A stretch of 53,906 bases of DNA, from the NCBI GenBank assembly GCA_019694895.1, contig JAIBBA010000004.1, positions 1 to 53,906 on the forward strand. The letters are read 5' to 3'. This DNA is from Chitinophagales bacterium. Lineage in GTDB: Bacteria; Bacteroidota; Bacteroidia; Chitinophagales; BACL12. The first letter of the stretch is position 1. Each line of letters begins with the position of its first letter. Positions 48,449-53,906 of this stretch are shown here, in pieces. Below the pieces are notes generated by a model. The model ran no database searches and was not told the origin of the DNA. It worked only from the letters and a program-made list of their open reading frames with translations. A program made the position numbers and the translations under genes.

Positions 48449-49404
48449 ATAGCAACTTGCATATCGTAAAGGAAGAACAATTTGAAAACGCCTCAACTCT
48501 TGAGCGTGCTATTCTGCGTGCCTTGATCTACTTCGATATATTTCAATACCCATTATCCAAGCAAGAAATCATTCTATTCTGCAACATTGTCCCCGAGAAT
48601 TTAAAAAGTGTTGAACGTGTTCTCGACAGACTATGCAATCGATTGTTAATTTTCAAATTTGACGACCTTTATTCCATTCATAATTCAATTGGTTTGGCCG
48701 ACAGAAGGCGATGTGGAAACAAGGGTGCGATAGAGGCAATGCCCAAAGCCATCAAACGAGCAAAGCTTATACAGGCATTCCCGTTTGTTCGCAGCGTGAA
48801 TATCAGTGGAAGCATGTCGAAAAATTATTTCGATGCCGATACTGACGTCGACTTCTTTGTAATCACATCTAAAAACAGGATTTGGTTAACAAGACTGATG
48901 CTAACTTTCTTTAAGAAGGTATTTCTATTGAATCAACGCAAATATTTCTGCGTTAACTACTTTATTGACACAGAACAATTTCTAATACCTGATAAAAATT
49001 TATTTGCCGCTACAGAAATCGTAACATTAAAAAATGTGACAGGCGCTAAATACTACCATCAATTTTTACAAGAAAACGCTTGGGTTTCAGACTACTTTCC
49101 TAATTTCGAGATGCCGATTTTAATTACGCAAAATTCTCGTATGCCTGTGTTTAAACGTAGCATGGAGAAACTATTATCAGGTAAGTTCGGTGACCGCATG
49201 GATGATATATGTTTCAGTTTGATGCAGTTTTTTCTGCGAAGAAAATATCGCTATCTGAACGAAACACAATTTGAGGTGAACATGCGTGGAAACAAACACG
49301 CTTCAAAGCACCACCCCCAAGGATTTCAATTCAAAGTATTAGAGGCCTTCAATAAGGGATGCCATCAGTTTTCACAAAAACATGATTTTCCATTGGATGC
49401 ATGA
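48445..49404 (+). CDS. Hypothetical protein with wHTH-like N-terminus and Pol-beta-type nucleotidyltransferase signature
   Basis: 319 aa with ATGA overlaps on both sides. ISGSMSKNYFDADTDVDFFVI fits the G[SG]...D.D NTase pattern. Assignment is by motif only. Confidence 0.5.
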   Translation: MNSNLHIVKEEQFENASTLERAILRALIYFDIFQYPLSKQEIILFCNIVPENLKSVERVLDRLCNRLLIFKFDDLYSIHNSIGLADRRRCGNKGAIEAMPKAIKRAKLIQAFPFVRSVNISGSMSKNYFDADTDVDFFVITSKNRIWLTRLMLTFFKKVFLLNQRKYFCVNYFIDTEQFLIPDKNLFAATEIVTLKNVTGAKYYHQFLQENAWVSDYFPNFEMPILITQNSRMPVFKRSMEKLLSGKFGDRMDDICFSLMQFFLRRKYRYLNETQFEVNMRGNKHASKHHPQGFQFKVLEAFNKGCHQFSQKHDFPLDA

Positions 49405-50879
49405 AGCCTGTAGTAATTTGTAATACTTACTTTTTACACCTGGATCCGAAACAGGAGCGGAGGATGGAGCCATATCCGCCTTTAGGCACCCTATATGCTG
49501 CTGCCGTGTTGCGCGAAAAAGGATATGATATTCATTTCTTTGATACCATTTTTTGTTCCGGTCCGGAGGCAATCTTTAATACATTGTCCAAATTTCAAGC
49601 CGGCATATTCATTATTTGTGACGACGGATTTAATTACCTGACAAAAATGTGTCTGGTCAACATGCGGGAGGCCTGCTCAGCAATGATCAAAAAGGCCAAA
49701 GAAGAGGGGTTTACCATTTTAGTTTCGAGTAGTGACGCCACTGATCATTGGCAAGATTATTTAAATGTTGGAGCCGATGCCATTGTAATCGGTGAACCTG
49801 AACAAACAATTGCTGCATGTGTAGACGCCTTACAACATGAAAATCCGGCTTTAAATACCATTGAGGGATTAGGATTGCGCACAACAACCGGTTTTGCAAA
49901 AACACCTGCACGCGCATTAATGCAAGACCTGGATAATTTGCCGCTTCCTGCGTGGGATCTTATTGACATGGATCAATATCGTTCACGCTGGATGGCACAT
50001 TCAGGATATTTTTCCATTAATATGACCACAACACGTGGTTGTCCCTTTAAATGTAATTGGTGTGCCAAACCGATTTACGGCAATCGATATCATTCGCGAA
50101 GCGCTAAAGCTGTTGCAGATGAAATTAATTTACTGCGAAATACCTATCAGGTTGAACATATTTGGTTCTGCGATGACATTTTTGGTTTAAAACCAAATTG
50201 GATAAACAGCTTTGCCGGTTTGATGCAAGAACAACCGATACCATTTAAGATTCAATGCAGAGCAGATCTATTGTTGGATGAAAATAATATCCAATCACTT
50301 GCCGGAGCAGGTTGCGATGAAGTGTGGATAGGTGCCGAAAGCGGCTCGCAAAAAATTCTCGATGCCATGGATAAAGGCACAACAATAGCACAGATAACCG
50401 AAAGCAGTCGCCTTATGTATCGCTCCGGAATAAAGCCTTGTTTTTTTCTTCAATTCGGTTATCCGGGAGAAACATTGACTGATATAAAGTCAACCATGAA
50501 ACTTTTGCGCAATTGTAAACCCTATGATATTGGTATTTCCATTTCATATCCATTACCGGGCACTGTATTTTACGATCGCGTATTTGCGCAATTGAGTAAC
50601 AAGCAAAATTGGAATGACAGCGATGAATTATTGATGATGTATCATGGCACTTATTCTGCAGCTTTCTATAAATATCTGCATCGCTATGTGCATCGAAGAT
50701 TCCGGATGTTACAGGGAATGAAATGTATCAGAGAAATTTTTTCAGGCAAACGAAATACTACATCGCCCCCGCTAAAAAGATTATTTGCATTACCTATTCA
50801 CAGTGTACTATGTTTGTATTATTTCCTCATGGTACAAACAAAAAAGCAACCTGTGTCTGAGTTACAGGTTGCTTCCTAA
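49401..50879 (+). CDS. B12-binding-domain radical SAM protein, paralog 2 (of 43868..45238)
   Basis: 492 aa. PLGTLYAAA, cluster motif TRGCPFKCNWC, WIGAESGSQKILDAMDK, GYPGET. Confidence 0.85.
   Translation: MKPVVICNTYFLHLDPKQERRMEPYPPLGTLYAAAVLREKGYDIHFFDTIFCSGPEAIFNTLSKFQAGIFIICDDGFNYLTKMCLVNMREACSAMIKKAKEEGFTILVSSSDATDHWQDYLNVGADAIVIGEPEQTIAACVDALQHENPALNTIEGLGLRTTTGFAKTPARALMQDLDNLPLPAWDLIDMDQYRSRWMAHSGYFSINMTTTRGCPFKCNWCAKPIYGNRYHSRSAKAVADEINLLRNTYQVEHIWFCDDIFGLKPNWINSFAGLMQEQPIPFKIQCRADLLLDENNIQSLAGAGCDEVWIGAESGSQKILDAMDKGTTIAQITESSRLMYRSGIKPCFFLQFGYPGETLTDIKSTMKLLRNCKPYDIGISISYPLPGTVFYDRVFAQLSNKQNWNDSDELLMMYHGTYSAAFYKYLHRYVHRRFRMLQGMKCIREIFSGKRNTTSPPLKRLFALPIHSVLCLYYFLMVQTKKQPVSELQVAS
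50845..50873. terminator. Hairpin terminator shared by convergent genes, embedded in the last codons of the radical SAM gene
   Basis: 10-bp stem agcaacctgt (50845-50854) / acaggttgct (50864-50873). aaaaa lies 5' on the + strand, which gives a T-run on the minus strand. Confidence 0.7.
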
Positions 50880-50896
50880 ATATTTTATTCAATCAA

Positions 50897-53731
50897 TTAT
50901 CGAATCAGGGTGATATTACCGGCGCGTTTCATTTGCTGACCGTTATCGAATTGCACCGTGATATAATAAGCATACACGCCATTATTTGCAGGATCGCCGT
51001 TAATGGTACCGTCCCATCCTAAATTAATATCATTCGCATCAAGGTTTTCTCCGCGATACACTACCTTTCCCCAGCGGTCGAAAATTTCAAAATCAGTAAT
51101 GGATAAAACGTTATAACCAAAAATGTAGAAGATATCATTGATATTATCACCATTTGGCGTAAAGGTATTTGGGACAAAGAAATCATTTGGTGGCAATGGC
51201 AATACGGTTATCATCACATTATCGCTGGCAACGCATCCATTTTCATCAACCGATGTCATGATGTAATCGATTGAATATGGAGGCAGCACATACGATTCAG
51301 GGCAAAGCGGACACTCTACTCCATTTGTTGGCGACCATGTATAATCGCCACCGCTTTCGCTATGCAGTATTGCACTTGATCCGTAATACAACGTGGTATC
51401 GCCCCAGGCAGTTACGAAGTTATCATCTACAGATGTAGTAACTGTCATTGAACTATAGCAACCATTTGCATCGGTATATTCATATGTGAGGGTATATGGA
51501 CCACCAACGCCGGCATCATTTGTCAGGAAATGATCGCCACTAGTTCCCGGGCCGCTGTAAATACCACCGGGAGGAGTAGCTTCGAGTGCAATTGAATTCT
51601 GTTCCAAACAGAAAATATCATCAATTGGCCAGGTAATTACAGGTAATGGATTAACGGTAAGGTTAACAGTAATAATTGAATCGCAACCATTAATTGATGC
51701 GTATGGAAATACTGTAGTTCCACCTGTTCCGGTAACAGAACCATCAGGCATTGTATAAGTATCGCCGATACAAATTTCCGGATTCATGATAATATCATAA
51801 GTCGGATTCACTGTCAGGTTAGTAGTAATTATTGAATCGCAACCTTTAGTTGTAAGTAAGTTGGTAACATAAGTACCTGTAGTATTTACAACGGAACCGT
51901 CAGGAAGTGTAAATGTTACATCATCGCAAATCACAGGGTTTTGTGTGATTGCATAAACAGGATGAACAAACAAAGTAGTATTAATTGTTGAATCGCAACC
52001 TGCTACAGTAGTTAACGTTACAGGATAAACGCCTGACACACCAACTGCTGTGCCATCGGGTAAAATATATGTCTCGCCGGAACAAATGTGTACGTTCATA
52101 TTCACAACAGGAACCGGTGATACTGTTAAGTTGATAGTATAATTAGAATCGCAACCCCAAACAGAAGTAAAATTGTTGATATAAGTACCTGTTGTTGACA
52201 CTACTGTACCATCAGGCAAGGTATATGTAGCTCCGGAACATATTGCCGGATTCAATGTATAATTATAAACAGGATGAGCAGCCAGGGTTGTAGTGATTAC
52301 AGAATCGCAACCATGAATGGTAGGTAAAGTTGTAACATAAGTTCCCCCTGTATACACAGTTGCGCCATCAGGTAAAATAAATGGATCACCTAAGCAGATA
52401 TTACCAGATTGCGATACTGCATAAGTTGGATAAATTGTAACCGTATTAGTAGCTACGCCATCAGGACAAACAGTACCGCTGGCAACGGTATTGGTGATAG
52501 TATATGTTCCCGGAGTTGATGCGCTGAGGTCAATGGTACCGGTAGCAGCGTTAATTACAAGTCCGGCAGGTGTTGCGGTAAAGGTACCTAATGAAGCACC
52601 TATCATGGGAATTGGCGACGGATCAGATTCATTAGCACAGAATGGTGATCCCGGGTAACTAAATCCTGCAGCATCCGGTTCATAAATATTTACTGTGATA
52701 TCCCAAGTTGCTGTATCACCGTAACAAATTCCGGTAAGCAAAGTATTTGTGAGAGTATAAGAGCCGGGATCAGAAGCACTAACATCGATAGCACCTGTTG
52801 CTGCATCAAATACGAGACCTGAAGGTGTACATGTAAATGTTCCTGCGGTAGCACCTGTTGCATAAAGAGGAGCAGGGTCAGTACCTGTAGTGCAAAATTC
52901 AGCTGTGCCGCCGAATGGCACTCCGGGATAGGTAAAATCGGCAAGCACATTTGTGACTAAACTTTTGGCCTTTAGAAATACTCCTGAATCCCAAACAAAA
53001 TCAGATTCATCGCCAATCACTAGTTTAAGGTGATACCACTCACAAGGAGTTACTTCTGCTTCTGCAGTTAACACGGTTGTAAAACCATCGTATTCGATAT
53101 AGTATGGCGATGTAGCATAAATTCCCGTACCGCCGGTGCCATTCGGAATATAGTACATCGGATAACTTGTAGCATTAACGTTATCGATAGTAACCGGTAA
53201 TGTTGTTCCGGGAATCAAGGCAATATTAGTAAGTGTAGGATAACCCGGACCGGAAATAAAAAACACAAATGCATCATTGATGGAACCCACATATTCGGGA
53301 TATTCCTCAGAACCAAAAACGTAATCGAATTTCAATGAATCGCCCGGAGCGTATACATCAAATTCAAGCGCACAGGCATCATGTGTTGTTCCTACTCCGG
53401 GGTAAGCATTCAGATCAGGGTCGCCGGGCCAACCGTTATTTGTACCGGTGCTTCCTGAATTATTTGGGCCTAAGATATTGGAAACGCGACCTGTTGTCAG
53501 CACTACTCCACTATCAATACCGACGTTACAATCCACGCAATCGAATTTTCCGATAGCCAGGTTATGGCAGTTAATGGTAGCATTATCGATCTCCACGCCG
53601 GCACCTGCTAGGTATGCTGCCAGTGAATCTGCTGTCCAACCGGTGGTATAAGTAATCTGTGCGTTTACTGATAGTGCGGTAACGCCAAAGATCATCACCA
53701 AGAGGAGTTGGCGAATAACTATTCGGGTCAT
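50897..53731 (-). CDS. Choice-of-anchor-L-like N-terminal domain protein with Cys-containing repeats and T9SS type B (gliding-motility-associated) C-terminal domain
   Basis: A signal peptide follows the ATG at 53731 (MTRIVIRQLLLVMIFGVTALSVNAQ). N-terminal ...DPDL...LEFDV...YVFGSEEYPEYVGS.NDAFVFFISG. C-terminal FVPNTFTPNGDNINDIF...FDRWGKVVY...WDG. The ORF track start is 53830. Confidence 0.85.
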   Translation of the reverse strand: MTRIVIRQLLLVMIFGVTALSVNAQITYTTGWTADSLAAYLAGAGVEIDNATINCHNLAIGKFDCVDCNVGIDSGVVLTTGRVSNILGPNNSGSTGTNNGWPGDPDLNAYPGVGTTHDACALEFDVYAPGDSLKFDYVFGSEEYPEYVGSINDAFVFFISGPGYPTLTNIALIPGTTLPVTIDNVNATSYPMYYIPNGTGGTGIYATSPYYIEYDGFTTVLTAEAEVTPCEWYHLKLVIGDESDFVWDSGVFLKAKSLVTNVLADFTYPGVPFGGTAEFCTTGTDPAPLYATGATAGTFTCTPSGLVFDAATGAIDVSASDPGSYTLTNTLLTGICYGDTATWDITVNIYEPDAAGFSYPGSPFCANESDPSPIPMIGASLGTFTATPAGLVINAATGTIDLSASTPGTYTITNTVASGTVCPDGVATNTVTIYPTYAVSQSGNICLGDPFILPDGATVYTGGTYVTTLPTIHGCDSVITTTLAAHPVYNYTLNPAICSGATYTLPDGTVVSTTGTYINNFTSVWGCDSNYTINLTVSPVPVVNMNVHICSGETYILPDGTAVGVSGVYPVTLTTVAGCDSTINTTLFVHPVYAITQNPVICDDVTFTLPDGSVVNTTGTYVTNLLTTKGCDSIITTNLTVNPTYDIIMNPEICIGDTYTMPDGSVTGTGGTTVFPYASINGCDSIITVNLTVNPLPVITWPIDDIFCLEQNSIALEATPPGGIYSGPGTSGDHFLTNDAGVGGPYTLTYEYTDANGCYSSMTVTTSVDDNFVTAWGDTTLYYGSSAILHSESGGDYTWSPTNGVECPLCPESYVLPPYSIDYIMTSVDENGCVASDNVMITVLPLPPNDFFVPNTFTPNGDNINDIFYIFGYNVLSITDFEIFDRWGKVVYRGENLDANDINLGWDGTINGDPANNGVYAYYITVQFDNGQQMKRAGNITLIR
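51647..52426 (-). repeat. Five in-frame tandem 156-nt (52-aa) coding repeats inside the T9SS type B protein
   Basis: gaatcgcaacc (complement of the GCDS codons) recurs at 51678, 51834, 51990, 52146 and 52302, exactly 156 nt apart. Protein consensus: C.G.TY.LPDG..V...G.Y......GCDS.I...L.V.P. Confidence 0.9.
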
Positions 53732-53906
53732 TAGTGGTATGTGCTTGGGTTCTGACACAATATAGGCAAAAATAAGGGTTAAATTTACAGCTCTCTTTTG
53801 GAACTTCCAAACACTCATTAGATGCCTCAAACCCGCACAGTAGTTGCATTCTATGCCGTAATCGCATCAATGCTTACTTTTGCCTCTTGTTCAAATTCAA
53901 GATCGG

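Noticed and set aside
43868-50879. Hopanoid side-chain/methylation cluster (HpnH/J/P/R-like rSAM enzymes plus an HpnI-like GT)
   Set aside because: No squalene-hopene cyclase, squalene synthase or other hpn genes are in the window. The similarity is only at the level of enzyme class, so it cannot be supported from sequence here.
36264-53906. Genomic island with mobile-element boundaries
   Set aside because: No integrase, transposase, tRNA or flanking direct repeats were seen. I call the block accessory only from gene content.

Overview
The window looks like a Bacteroidota chromosome segment. Evidence: type A and type B T9SS C-terminal sorting domains, bshA, the DUF6089-uppS-bamA-skp-skp-murI synteny, and TAnnTTTG-like promoter boxes. 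Positions ~270-36240 are mostly housekeeping. They encode an ECF-type sigma operon, uvrA, ferritin, murI, the outer-membrane biogenesis locus, nadK, a glutamine amidotransferase, bshA, a GH3/beta-lactamase fusion, mutL followed by two rhomboids and an EEP phosphatase, cysS, and several T9SS cargo proteins. From ~36.2 kb to the end the content becomes accessory. It holds (i) a leaderless protein with a caspase-like His/Cys layout; (ii) two small secreted proteins; (iii) a minus-strand operon encoding a signal-peptide-less S8 subtilase, an all-beta 230-aa partner, a TPR sensor kinase and a NarL-type regulator; (iv) a divergent six-gene operon with ATGA start/stop overlaps, encoding three cobalamin-type radical SAM paralogs, a GT4 glycosyltransferase, an NPPF methyltransferase and a wHTH-nucleotidyltransferase-like protein; (v) a large T9SS type B adhesin-like protein with exact 156-nt-period repeats. 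My best candidates for an undescribed system are the radical SAM operon and the adjacent subtilase/partner/two-component module. Both functional readings are inference from motifs only. The 5' edge carries a perfect 29-bp x5 tandem repeat that is not a CRISPR array. I saw no rRNA, tRNA, CRISPR array, transposase or integrase. All homology calls rest on motif recognition by eye; no searches were run.
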